Shown here one piece after another: positions 9,047 to 18,199 of a stretch of 64,000 nt of DNA. A program made the position numbers and the translations under genes. The notes under the pieces were generated by a model. It worked only from the letters and a program-made list of their open reading frames with translations, had not been told where the DNA came from and searched no databases. The stretch is from a virus. The stretch is taken from positions 1-64,000 of the IMG/VR virus record IMGVR_UViG_3300022074_000012. One strand, written 5' to 3'. Position 1 is the stretch's first letter; every line of letters begins with the position of its first letter.

Positions 9047-11358
9047 GCAACGGAACTAAAGTTGTAAAAAGAAACGGAACAATTCAACCACTCAATCTTG
9101 AGAAGATGCATGTAATGGTTGAAGAAGCATGTAATGGTCTTGCAGGAGTATCTGCAAGTCAAGTTGAGATACAATCAGGAATACAATTCTATGATGGTAT
9201 ATCTACTGGTGAGATACAAGAAATATTAATACGTTCTGCCAGTGATCTTATAGATTTAGATCATCCAAACTATCAGTATGTTGCAGCAAGATTATTATTA
9301 TACTCTGTTCGCAAACAATTATTTGGTAGGTTATTTGAACTACCAAAAGTTAAAGAACATGTTGAAAAGTGTATTGAGAAGGGTGTATATGACCCTGAGT
9401 TGACTGAATTATATTCAGATGATGAATTCATCAAACTTGAATCTTTCATTGACCATGACAGGGATTATTACTTCACATATGCTGGACTTAGACAAGTTAC
9501 TGATAAATATCTTGTACAGGACAGAAGTACAGGTGCTATTCATGAGACACCTCAGTTCATGTATCTGTTGATAGCAGCATCTATATTTTCCAAATATCCA
9601 AAAGAAATCAGGCTCGATTATGTTAAACGATACTACGACGCAATCTCAAAGCACAAAATCAACATCCCGACACCAATCATGGGGGGAGTCCGCACACCCC
9701 TTCGGCAGTATGCGTCTTGCGTTCTGGTTGATATCGACGACACCTTGGATAGTATTTTTAGTTCTGATATGGCCATTGGTAAGTATGTCGCACAAAGGGC
9801 TGGTATTGGCATCAACGCTGGCAGGATCAGGGGGATCAATGCTAAAATCAGGGGTGGAGAAGTTCAACACACAGGTGTCGTCCCGTTTCTCAAAAAGTTT
9901 GAATCAACTGTCAGATGCTGCACTCAAAATGGCATCAGAGGTGGATCAGCAACTGTCCACTTTCCAATCTGGCACCAAGAAATAAAAGATATATTAGTAT
10001 TAAAAAATAATAAAGGAACAGAAGATAATCGAGTAAGAAAGTTAGATTACTCAATTCAATTAAGTGCATTATTTTATCAGAGATTTATTGACAATGAAAA
10101 GATTACTCTTTTTTCTCCTCATGATGTGGCAGGGCTTTACGATAGTTTTGGTACAGAGTCTTTTGATGAGTTATACGTAAAGTATGAGAATGATGATTCT
10201 ATTCCTAAGACACAGGTAGATGCTCAAGAACTTATCCTAGACCTCTTGAAAGAAAGAGCAGAAACTGGTAGACTGTATATAATGAATATAGATCACTGTA
10301 ATTCTCATTCATCATTTACTGATAAAGTTGAGATGAGTAATCTATGTCAGGAGATAACACTCCCAACTAAACCTATACAACATATTGATGATGAAACTGG
10401 AGAAATTGCTCTCTGTATCCTTAGTGCTATTAATATTGGCAAAATTAGGGATGTTCAAGATCTTGAAGCTCTTTGTGATCTTAGTGTTAGGAGTCTTGAT
10501 GAACTCATTGATTTTCAAGGATACCCCGTCAAAGCAGCAGAGATCGCTACACGAGCAAGACGTTCACTTGGTGTTGGATACATTGGACTTGCACACTATC
10601 TTGCCAAGCAAGGTGTAAAATATGATGATCCGAAAGCATGGGAATTGGTACATGATTTAACAGAATCATTTCAATATTATCTAATAAAATCCACAGTAAA
10701 TCTTGCAAAAGAGAAGGGTGCATGTGAATATTCTAAAAATACTAAATATTCTCACGGTATATTGCCAATTGATACTTATAAAAAAGATGTTGATGAGATC
10801 GTTCCTAACAAATTAAAACATGATTGGGAATCTCTTAGAGCACTTGTCTTGGAACACGGAGTCAGGAACTCAACGTTGTCCGCACAGATGCCATCGGAGA
10901 GTAGTTCCGTTGTGTCAAACGCAACAAACGGAATCGAACCTCCTAGAGGATACTTGTCCATTAAAAAATCAAAGAAAGGACCTCTTAAGCAGATTGTTCC
11001 GCAGTATGGGTCTTTAAAGAATTCATACACTCTTCTTTGGGATATGGAGAACAATCGTGGATACATTAATGTAGTTGCTGTAATGCAAAAATTCTTTGAC
11101 CAAGCAATTTCTGGTAACTGGTCTTACAATCCACAACACTTTGAAGGTTCTGAAGTCCCAACAAGTGTAATGGCACAAGATCTTTTAACTACATATAAGT
11201 ACGGTTGGAAAACATCTTACTATCAGAACACCTACGATGTTAAGACAGATGAGGTTGAAAGTGATATCGAAACACCAAATACCCAATTAGACACGTTAAT
11301 CGAGGACATTATGTGCTCGGATCAGGAGGAAGAAGCTTGTGAAAGCTGTGCAATTTAA
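9043..11358 (+). CDS. nrdA: ribonucleotide reductase class Ia alpha subunit
   Basis: ATP-cone VVKRNG, SCVL, SNLCQEI, SNATNGIEP, C-terminal CESC. Confidence 0.97.
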   Translation: MSNGTKVVKRNGTIQPLNLEKMHVMVEEACNGLAGVSASQVEIQSGIQFYDGISTGEIQEILIRSASDLIDLDHPNYQYVAARLLLYSVRKQLFGRLFELPKVKEHVEKCIEKGVYDPELTELYSDDEFIKLESFIDHDRDYYFTYAGLRQVTDKYLVQDRSTGAIHETPQFMYLLIAASIFSKYPKEIRLDYVKRYYDAISKHKINIPTPIMGGVRTPLRQYASCVLVDIDDTLDSIFSSDMAIGKYVAQRAGIGINAGRIRGINAKIRGGEVQHTGVVPFLKKFESTVRCCTQNGIRGGSATVHFPIWHQEIKDILVLKNNKGTEDNRVRKLDYSIQLSALFYQRFIDNEKITLFSPHDVAGLYDSFGTESFDELYVKYENDDSIPKTQVDAQELILDLLKERAETGRLYIMNIDHCNSHSSFTDKVEMSNLCQEITLPTKPIQHIDDETGEIALCILSAINIGKIRDVQDLEALCDLSVRSLDELIDFQGYPVKAAEIATRARRSLGVGYIGLAHYLAKQGVKYDDPKAWELVHDLTESFQYYLIKSTVNLAKEKGACEYSKNTKYSHGILPIDTYKKDVDEIVPNKLKHDWESLRALVLEHGVRNSTLSAQMPSESSSVVSNATNGIEPPRGYLSIKKSKKGPLKQIVPQYGSLKNSYTLLWDMENNRGYINVVAVMQKFFDQAISGNWSYNPQHFEGSEVPTSVMAQDLLTTYKYGWKTSYYQNTYDVKTDEVESDIETPNTQLDTLIEDIMCSDQEEEACESCAI

Positions 11359-12526
11359 AACAAATTCTACAAGGAGATACAAAGTGGTTGATTCCATGAC
11401 TGTATTTAATACAGAGAAAGTTGATACTAAAAAACAACCAATGTTTTTTGGAAAACCTTTAGGTGTTCAGAGATACGATTCATATAAGTATCCTGCATTT
11501 GAGAATTTAACTAAATCACAATTAGGATATTTTTGGAGACCAGAAGAGGTATCTCTACAGAAAGATCGTGGTGATTATCAATCACTTCGTCCAGAGCAGA
11601 AGCATATCTTTACATCAAACTTGAAGTATCAAGTAATGCTTGACTCTGTACAGGGTCGTGCACCTGGTATGGCATTTGCACCATATTGTTCTCTACCTGA
11701 GTTAGAGGCATGTATGAATGTATGGCAGATGATGGAAATGATTCACTCACGTTCATACACATATATCATGAAGAATGTATATTCAGATCCAAGTGAGGTA
11801 TTTGATACGATACTTGAAGATGATAGAATACTTGAACGTGCAGCAAACGTAACTGGTTCATATGATTCTTTTGTAAATTCAGCACATCAGTATGATCAAA
11901 GTAATTGGTGGAGAGAAGATTGGAAAGGTAGTTACAATTCTGATTTTGAAAGAAAAGAATTAAAAAGAAAACTTTATAGGGCAGTTGCCAATGTTAACAT
12001 ACTGGAAGGTATTCGTTTTTATGTTAGTTTCGCTTGTAGTTTTGCCTTTGGTGAACTTAAACTTATGGAAGGGTCAGCTAAGATCATATCCCTTATTGCT
12101 AGAGATGAAAACCAACACCTCGCCATCACCCAAAACATTTTAAATAATTGGAGAAAGGGTGACGATCCAGAGATGATTGACATTGTTAAAGAAGAAGAGC
12201 AATGGTTGATTCAAGCATTTAAAAACACAGTTGACGAAGAGAAGAGATGGGCAGAGTATCTGTTCAAAGATGGTTCAATGATTGGACTAAATGATAAACT
12301 ACTACAGCAATATGTTGAATGGGTAGCAAATCGTAGAATCAGAGCAATTGGATTTAAACCAATCTATGATGTACCTGCAAGAAACAATCCGTTACCTTGG
12401 ACAGAGCATTGGATTAGTTCTAAAGGATTGCAAGTGGCACCACAGGAGACAGAAGTAGAATCTTATATTGTCGGTGGTATCAAACAAGATGTAAAGAAAG
12501 ATACGTTCTCAGGTTTCAAATTATAA
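11348..12526 (+). CDS. nrdB: ribonucleotide reductase class Ia beta subunit
   Basis: FWRPEEVSL, EMIHSRSY, EGIRFYVSF, RDENQH; start uncertain (GTG 11348 or 11384). Confidence 0.96.
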   Translation: MQFKTNSTRRYKVVDSMTVFNTEKVDTKKQPMFFGKPLGVQRYDSYKYPAFENLTKSQLGYFWRPEEVSLQKDRGDYQSLRPEQKHIFTSNLKYQVMLDSVQGRAPGMAFAPYCSLPELEACMNVWQMMEMIHSRSYTYIMKNVYSDPSEVFDTILEDDRILERAANVTGSYDSFVNSAHQYDQSNWWREDWKGSYNSDFERKELKRKLYRAVANVNILEGIRFYVSFACSFAFGELKLMEGSAKIISLIARDENQHLAITQNILNNWRKGDDPEMIDIVKEEEQWLIQAFKNTVDEEKRWAEYLFKDGSMIGLNDKLLQQYVEWVANRRIRAIGFKPIYDVPARNNPLPWTEHWISSKGLQVAPQETEVESYIVGGIKQDVKKDTFSGFKL

Positions 12527-12529
12527 CAC

Positions 12530-12554
12530 AAGAGGGTTTTTAACCCTCTTTTTT
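12530..12554 (+). terminator. intrinsic terminator
   Basis: AAGAGGGTT-TTT-AACCCTCTT then T run. Confidence 0.85.
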
Positions 12555-12587
12555 ATTGACTACATAGAATTGTGATGTTATGATTAA

Positions 12588-13043
12588 ATGACTGAGAAAC
12601 AAGTTGATTATGAAAACCCTTGGATTTACGAAGGCAATCCTTTTACCTCTGATGATATCGGGGACTATTATGGGTTCGTCTATCGCATCACAAATACCAC
12701 CAGCGGCAAGTCGTACATCGGAAGAAAGTACTTCGTGCAGAAAAGAAAACCCAAAGGAGCAAAGAGAAGAGTCACAAGTGAGTCAGACTGGAAGAAGTAC
12801 TACGGAAGCTCTGATGATCTTAAGCAAGATATTAGAAGAGATGGCAAGGATTCTTTCCGAAGAGAAATCCTCAGTCTCCACACAACCCTTGGAAAAGTAA
12901 ACTACGAAGAGACAAAACAACTATTTCTTCATAATGTGTTAATGGAGGCACTTGACGACGGGACTCCAATGTATTATAATAGCAACATACTCGGACGTTA
13001 TATGCGTAAAGATTATGGCAACTTTGAAACAGACAGTAAATGA
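12588..13043 (+). CDS. GIY-YIG endonuclease (endonuclease II/denA-like position after nrdB)
   Basis: GFVYRITN...SYIGRK...YYGS...YYN. Confidence 0.85.
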   Translation: MTEKQVDYENPWIYEGNPFTSDDIGDYYGFVYRITNTTSGKSYIGRKYFVQKRKPKGAKRRVTSESDWKKYYGSSDDLKQDIRRDGKDSFRREILSLHTTLGKVNYEETKQLFLHNVLMEALDDGTPMYYNSNILGRYMRKDYGNFETDSK

Positions 13044-13227
13044 AACATACTATTGGTCAATTGATCGAATGTGTGAACTTTGTTCTCGTGGTAATTTTGA
13101 AGAGGTTGTGAATGGTGATTCAATACGTCAAGAATTTGATGAATGGATCATGGCAAACAATAAAAATTTAGATGAGGATATCATCTCAATGGCATATATC
13201 GGAGAAGGAAGCGAGTATGATATATAA
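13015..13227 (+). CDS. hypothetical protein
   Basis: ATG at 13015 in frame with listed ORF. Confidence 0.6.
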   Translation: MATLKQTVNETYYWSIDRMCELCSRGNFEEVVNGDSIRQEFDEWIMANNKNLDEDIISMAYIGEGSEYDI

Positions 13228-13245
13228 TTTGTATTAATTAGAATC

Positions 13246-13521
13246 ATGTTACAGAAAATAGTAAATGGAATCGCTATTGCAAGTGGTGTTGTATCTCTCA
13301 CCGTTGTTGGTCTTGGTGGTTACGTATTCATTCGCAAGGATGCGATTATCGAAAACGTCAAAGGCAAAATAATGGAATCTGTTATGCCAGGTGGAATGAG
13401 TGGTATTCTTGGTGGTGGAGATGCTGGTGTTGGTGCACTTGAGGGTCTAGTGCCTAGTATGGCACCACCTGAAGGAACAGAACAATCAGCACCTATGTCA
13501 CCTATACCATTAGGTTTTTAA
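13246..13521 (+). CDS. single-pass membrane protein
   Basis: N-terminal hydrophobic helix, G/P-rich tail. Confidence 0.7.
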   Translation: MLQKIVNGIAIASGVVSLTVVGLGGYVFIRKDAIIENVKGKIMESVMPGGMSGILGGGDAGVGALEGLVPSMAPPEGTEQSAPMSPIPLGF

Positions 13522-13556
13522 TTCAAGATAGTTAACATAAAGTTAAATTTGCTATA

Positions 13557-13564
13557 TATAAATA
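13557..13564 (+). promoter_or_regulatory. T4-type late promoter
   Basis: TATAAATA upstream of ORF 13583. Confidence 0.6.
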
Positions 13565-13582
13565 GTCGTCTAATTTTATGTC

Positions 13583-14005
13583 ATGGCTGAAGAAGTAAAA
13601 AAGAAGGAAGAACCTAAAAAAGTAGGTCCGTTTGGTAAATTAAAGGAACTTGCAGAGGACAAAGAGGAGCAGATGGAAATCTTCTCCACTTTTGTACGCT
13701 TGGGTATTTTGATTTGGAGTGGTGGAATCTTAACTTTAAATTATGTTTCAATTCCAAACTTTCCACAAAAAAATATAGATCCAACTTTCATAGCGAGCGT
13801 CTTCACAGGAGTCCTAGCTAGTTTTGGAATCCAAACAGCAAAGAATAAGAATGCTAATGGTGGTGGTGCAAAAGCACCTGCTCCAATATCTAAGGCAGAT
13901 ATGGAAAAATTAATTGAAAAGGCAGCAAATACTGCACCTGCTCAGACAATCAGGATTGAACAAGCACCAATGGTACTTGCTCCTACTCCTAACAAAAAAG
14001 CATAA
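13583..14005 (+). CDS. two-TM membrane protein
   Basis: LGILIWSGGILTL and DPTFIASVFTGVLASFG segments. Confidence 0.75.
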   Translation: MAEEVKKKEEPKKVGPFGKLKELAEDKEEQMEIFSTFVRLGILIWSGGILTLNYVSIPNFPQKNIDPTFIASVFTGVLASFGIQTAKNKNANGGGAKAPAPISKADMEKLIEKAANTAPAQTIRIEQAPMVLAPTPNKKA

Positions 14006-14565
14006 TGGAAAAGAAAGAAGTGAAATGGTCTAGGTTATTTGCACTTGGATTGGGTGGAGTCGTTGGACTTTCACATCTTGGTATGATTGGAACTCTTATG
14101 AATCGTGAGAGTAAATTACCAAGTATCAATGTGCCAGTAGGACCTTATACAGCATACGAAGCAGAAGTCGGAAAAGAAGGATATAAAATTAAATATCGTG
14201 CAAACGATCCTTTAGTGATGCATGTGGAACGGGATAGTAACACTAAAGGTGGGTTTCTGGGATTGGCTAATAACAAAGTTAAAACCATCGAACAATACAC
14301 GATGGACGGTTCAGTTCACACAAAACCCAATAGTTCATCAACAACAATCGCAAACGGAAAATCCGAAGCATGCATCAAGGCAATCGGAGGTGCAGAAGGA
14401 ACAGGAAGACTCGTCGGTTCCAGTATTGGTGCTAGTGCTGCTCCTGCTCTGTCTAATATTCCCTTTGTTGGTTGGGTTGCTGCTGGTTGGGTGACTATGT
14501 TTTCAGGTAATCAAGGTGCAGAGATTGGTGGTCAAATGGCAGAGGATCTTAACAAAGATTGTTAG
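14005..14565 (+). CDS. membrane protein with glycine-zipper-like C-terminus
   Basis: GAEGTGRLVGSSIGA...GWVAAGW...GAEIGG. Confidence 0.7.
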   Translation: MEKKEVKWSRLFALGLGGVVGLSHLGMIGTLMNRESKLPSINVPVGPYTAYEAEVGKEGYKIKYRANDPLVMHVERDSNTKGGFLGLANNKVKTIEQYTMDGSVHTKPNSSSTTIANGKSEACIKAIGGAEGTGRLVGSSIGASAAPALSNIPFVGWVAAGWVTMFSGNQGAEIGGQMAEDLNKDC

Positions 14566-14641
14566 TGTGTAAACCGACATAATATTGCGTAATTTTACTC
14601 AAGTGTTATAATAAATATTATTGTACTGGAGTTGAAAGATC

Positions 14642-14803
14642 ATGTCCCATTACATGTTAGGTTGGCACGACCAACAAAATAAACATTACGAAATCGGTGA
14701 ATATGCAAATGATGCATTTGAAGCTGTAAGACACGCAAGAGAGGATGTTCCGTATCTACATGAGCATCCTTTTTCTTTAGAATATATTAAAAAGGAGGAG
14801 TGA
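14642..14803 (+). CDS. small hypothetical protein (53 aa, not in ORF track)
   Basis: MSHYMLGWHDQQ...; GGAG RBS and upstream promoter-like sequence. Confidence 0.65.
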   Translation: MSHYMLGWHDQQNKHYEIGEYANDAFEAVRHAREDVPYLHEHPFSLEYIKKEE

Positions 14804-14967
14804 TGAACGGAAGATTAGATAAAGTTGCGATGACAGACCGACTTATGAAACTTAAAAGAGAATTACACTATAAGTGTGAGATCGGAGAGAAGGGTGAATG
14901 GGAATGTAATGGAGCAAATGAATATCTAAACAAAACTTTTGCTATACTAGATGAATATTGGCAATGA
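14803..14967 (+). CDS. small hypothetical protein (54 aa)
   Basis: MNGRLDKVAM...; TGATG coupling, GGAGG RBS. Confidence 0.65.
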   Translation: MNGRLDKVAMTDRLMKLKRELHYKCEIGEKGEWECNGANEYLNKTFAILDEYWQ

Positions 14968-15128
14968 CCAATAGATTTAAAGAAATACTTCCACCTCATG
15001 TAAAGGAAGATAATTCTCATCCAGAGTTAATAGCACTGGGTATTATGTTATTAGGTATACTTATCATTGATATAATAGGATATTATCACGGTAACATGAC
15101 ATTACTTGAAACCCTAAAAAATTTGTGA
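14964..15128 (+). CDS. small membrane protein (54 aa)
   Basis: ATGA coupling; LIALGIMLLGILIIDIIG helix. Confidence 0.55.
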   Translation: MTNRFKEILPPHVKEDNSHPELIALGIMLLGILIIDIIGYYHGNMTLLETLKNL

Positions 15129-15155
15129 TTAAATAAAAGTAATTACAAAATTTTT

Positions 15156-15458
15156 ATGCTATCAACACAATATCGTCTACGACTAGTAGGCATATGCAAA
15201 GCAATTGCAGCAGGACAAGAAGTAAGTTTAGATGATATGATATGGGCAGAGAAACTAGCAAAGGCAAATACATCTGCAAGAGGTATGTTAGGTTCAGCAA
15301 GAAGATTAAAAACGGATGATGACTCAACTTTTCTTAAGTACTTGAATATAGGAGACTCCGATTCAAGGAAACATAGAAGGGGTTTCAGTGGAGCAGATGA
15401 TATTGCAGATTGGTTTCGTAATGATAGGAGATCAGATGACTGGAGACAACGTGACTGA
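15156..15458 (+). CDS. conserved cyanophage/cyanobacterial hypothetical protein
   Basis: MLSTQYRLRL...DMIWAEKLAK...DDWRQRD. Confidence 0.75.
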   Translation: MLSTQYRLRLVGICKAIAAGQEVSLDDMIWAEKLAKANTSARGMLGSARRLKTDDDSTFLKYLNIGDSDSRKHRRGFSGADDIADWFRNDRRSDDWRQRD

Positions 15459-15696
15459 ATATGAAAAGAGAGCACTCGATCCATGTTGGCAACACAAACA
15501 AGAATGCATTGCCATGTTCACCCTCGATTCACACAACACTAGCTACTTATATTGTAGAGAAGATGGAACATATTACTGGCAACATTGTCGAAAGGAATCG
15601 GAAGACGACATCTTCGTAGATGCAGATGGTCTACAACTTGATTTGTTAGGTGATCCTGTTCTTTCACATGAATGGATCTTGAAAGCAATTCTCTGA
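15436..15696 (+). CDS. hypothetical protein
   Basis: ORF fills the gap before PTOX; start uncertain. Confidence 0.55.
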   Translation: MTGDNVTEYEKRALDPCWQHKQECIAMFTLDSHNTSYLYCREDGTYYWQHCRKESEDDIFVDADGLQLDLLGDPVLSHEWILKAIL

Positions 15697-15725
15697 GTAT
15701 ATATACTTATAGATACAAAAAAGAT

Positions 15726-16229
15726 ATGAAAAGATTTAATACATGGGTTTTAGATACCACAATCTATATCTTAGATTTTCTCTACAGGGGTAGAGATTTT
15801 CAAAGATTCTGGGTACTAGAAGTAATCGCAAGAGCACCTTACTTCTCCTTTATTAGTGTGTTACATTTTCGTGAATCTTTAGGACTTCGTGGTGAAGATC
15901 ACATATACTTAATGAAAGAACACTTTTACCAGGCACTCAATGAAACGGAACACTTGGAAGAAATGGAGCTTAGAGAAGGTAACAAGTATTGGGTTGACCG
16001 CTTCTTTGCCAAACATCTTGTTTTACTTTATTATTGGATTATGGTTGGGTACTATCTTATCAATCCTGTTAACGCTTACGACATCAACATGAAGATTGAG
16101 AAGCATGCATATGAAACTTATGTAAAGTATAGTGCATGGCATCCAGAAGATAAAAAGATTGCAGAGATTGCACAGGATGAATTAGATCATTCAAGAGAGT
16201 TAAGAAAAGCAATGTTAATGATTGCATAA
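15726..16229 (+). CDS. plastoquinol terminal oxidase (PTOX, alternative oxidase family)
   Basis: RFWVLEVIARAPYF, NETEHL, EKHAYETY, DELDH di-iron motifs. Confidence 0.93.
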   Translation: MKRFNTWVLDTTIYILDFLYRGRDFQRFWVLEVIARAPYFSFISVLHFRESLGLRGEDHIYLMKEHFYQALNETEHLEEMELREGNKYWVDRFFAKHLVLLYYWIMVGYYLINPVNAYDINMKIEKHAYETYVKYSAWHPEDKKIAEIAQDELDHSRELRKAMLMIA

Positions 16230-16336
16230 TGGAAGTCGTATGGTCAATTAATATTATGGTTGCTATACTTGTGTTAGCAACCACATCTGTGATATACTAC
16301 ATAATGAGATATGACCTTTACAACCCAAATGATTAA
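16229..16336 (+). CDS. small membrane peptide (35 aa)
   Basis: TAATG coupling; single hydrophobic helix. Confidence 0.45.
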   Translation: MEVVWSINIMVAILVLATTSVIYYIMRYDLYNPND

Positions 16337-16601
16337 ATATTTGGCAATACCACTTATACTGGTTGGATGTACCGCACCAGTTACAGACCCACCTGCTCAT
16401 GCCTTTGAATTAGAAATAGAAGAAACTCATTGGGATCATGTATACAGAGCAATCGAATATATCAAAGCAGGTGAAAGAGAGAAAAAGATGACCGACCCAT
16501 CTGACGCTATAAATAGTGCACTTGCAGAATTTAACTATGGGAGCAATGGTTCCACCGAGTCGGAAGAGTTGTTACAACTTCCGAGTAACGGAAATCAATA
16601 A
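16329..16601 (+). CDS. putative lipoprotein
   Basis: MIKYLAIPLILVGC lipobox-like signal. Confidence 0.55.
   Translation: MIKYLAIPLILVGCTAPVTDPPAHAFELEIEETHWDHVYRAIEYIKAGEREKKMTDPSDAINSALAEFNYGSNGSTESEELLQLPSNGNQ
16508..16515 (+). promoter_or_regulatory. T4-type late promoter
   Basis: TATAAATA 21 nt before ATG 16537. Confidence 0.65.
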
Positions 16602-17001
16602 GGTAGTCGATGGAGACACTATTGATGTAACAATCGATTTAGGATTCGATCTTTATAAAAAAGAAAGAGTCCGTATAGCGGGAGTCGATACACCTGAGAA
16701 ACGCACCCGTGACTTGGAAGAAAAGGCATTAGGACTTGATGCTACTGAGTGGATGAAAAAAAATTTAGAAGGAGCAATCGATGGAGATGACGAACTTACT
16801 ATACGAACTGAACTTAAAGGCGGGGTTGGTAAGTATGGCCGTTTGCTTGGTTGGTTATATGTTGGTGATGAAGAAATATCACTCAACGAATTGATGATCA
16901 CCGAAGGGTATGCATGGGAGTATGATGGTGGTACAAAACAAAAGAACTTTGAGGAACTACGTGAGATTCGTAGATCACTAGGTACATTAGACGAGAGTTA
17001 A
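16537..17001 (+). CDS. thermonuclease (SNase) family nuclease
   Basis: VVDGDTID, RVRIAGVDTPE, GKYGRLLG, GYAWEY. Confidence 0.9.
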   Translation: MGAMVPPSRKSCYNFRVTEINKVVDGDTIDVTIDLGFDLYKKERVRIAGVDTPEKRTRDLEEKALGLDATEWMKKNLEGAIDGDDELTIRTELKGGVGKYGRLLGWLYVGDEEISLNELMITEGYAWEYDGGTKQKNFEELREIRRSLGTLDES

Positions 17002-17002
17002 A

Positions 17003-17239
17003 ATGAAAGAATTTATCGGAACGCAAATCAGTAGATTTTTCAACTCAGGAAAATGGGCATTGAAACTAATCTTTCTTGTTGTAATAGTTGAACTAGGTAT
17101 TGTTGTAGGTGCGATTGCGACTCAAGAACTTGATGAAAATGATAGTAATAACATCAAACATATATTATCGTTAGTTGCTACAAAGTCATTCGCATTATAT
17201 GCTGCTGAGAAAGGAAACCCACAACCAAAAGCAGAATGA
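17003..17239 (+). CDS. small membrane protein
   Basis: hydrophobic helix LIFLVVIVELGIVVGAIA. Confidence 0.6.
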   Translation: MKEFIGTQISRFFNSGKWALKLIFLVVIVELGIVVGAIATQELDENDSNNIKHILSLVATKSFALYAAEKGNPQPKAE

Positions 17240-17451
17240 AGAACATCTTTAATATTATGTCAGCAGCATCTTTTGCGGGTGTTGTATTTCTTATTGGTAT
17301 GACTGTCTATGCGAATGTAACTAGACAAGCACGTATTGATGAGAACAGAGAGTATATCAAAAGTGTCATAGAAAAACAAGTTTATCAATCAATACAACTA
17401 ACTATGCCACCAGTGACAGGTAAAGTAAATGTCGGAAATAAAACAAATTAA
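17236..17451 (+). CDS. small membrane protein
   Basis: N-terminal TM helix, 4-nt overlap. Confidence 0.6.
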   Translation: MKNIFNIMSAASFAGVVFLIGMTVYANVTRQARIDENREYIKSVIEKQVYQSIQLTMPPVTGKVNVGNKTN

Positions 17452-18199
17452 TGTTCCAAATATTGTAATACCAAAGTTTGGTACAAATGAGGTATGGTTA
17501 AATGGTGTGCCTTTTGTTCCTAATAATGATCCACCTGTGACATTACAACTTGGGTTTCCAATTGTGGAAATACCTGGTTGCGTCAAGATGCACAAGGACA
17601 ATCAGGATAAGGTTACACGATTACCTTTTGATAAAGATCTTGTAAATCAGGATGAAAAAGGTTCTACAACCTTATGTCCACATGGTGAGTATCCAACGTA
17701 TGATGCGATGGATTATACACCAGAGCAATTAATAATTCAAAGAGAAACACCACCACCTCCTGTTTCACCACCACCAGAAATAGAACCACCAGAACTCCCT
17801 GATACAGGTGATATTGGTGGTAAAGAAGAAGTTGCTTGTCCTGGTCCTGGTCAATTAAGAGTTGGTGATATTACACAATCAGGTGATGAAAGAGTAGTCG
17901 GTCACGAACTGAGTGCAGATAGTAAAACCTGTGTAACCTTATATGAACCAACCACCGCAGTCGAAAAATTTCTTCCCTCTACAAATCAGGCAACAACAAC
18001 ACTTGCAGTCGCAGTGATTGCAACAGCAGGTGCAGCTGCAACACCATTAATATTGAGAGTGGTTAAACCGATATTTACAAAGATATGGAAAACGATACAA
18101 AAAAAATTAGGTAAGAAAGTTGATGTGCCTACCCGTGCAGAAATAAAAGCTAATGAGTATCGTGCGAAGAAGGGTCTACCACCTTTGAAGAAAAAGTAA
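17429..18199 (+). CDS. Cys/Pro-rich protein with C-terminal TM helix and basic tail
   Basis: PGCV, LCPHG, CPGP, TCV; LAVAVIATAGAAA helix; K-rich end. Confidence 0.75.
   Translation: MSEIKQINVPNIVIPKFGTNEVWLNGVPFVPNNDPPVTLQLGFPIVEIPGCVKMHKDNQDKVTRLPFDKDLVNQDEKGSTTLCPHGEYPTYDAMDYTPEQLIIQRETPPPPVSPPPEIEPPELPDTGDIGGKEEVACPGPGQLRVGDITQSGDERVVGHELSADSKTCVTLYEPTTAVEKFLPSTNQATTTLAVAVIATAGAAATPLILRVVKPIFTKIWKTIQKKLGKKVDVPTRAEIKANEYRAKKGLPPLKKK

Noticed and set aside
9620-9985. 121-aa alternative-frame ORF in nrdA, and similar shadow ORFs in primase, epimerase, fibre and psbA genes
   Set aside because: No RBS or recognisable motifs; explained by local GC richness and codon bias of the main gene
12588-13043. 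Mobile homing endonuclease
   Set aside because: Catalytic domain only, no appended DNA-binding repeats; position after nrdB fits endonuclease II-like host DNA degradation
13531-13550. Pho-box-like GTTAACAT-aaa-GTTAAATT
   Set aside because: Only two imperfect repeats in AT-rich DNA and no phosphate gene downstream
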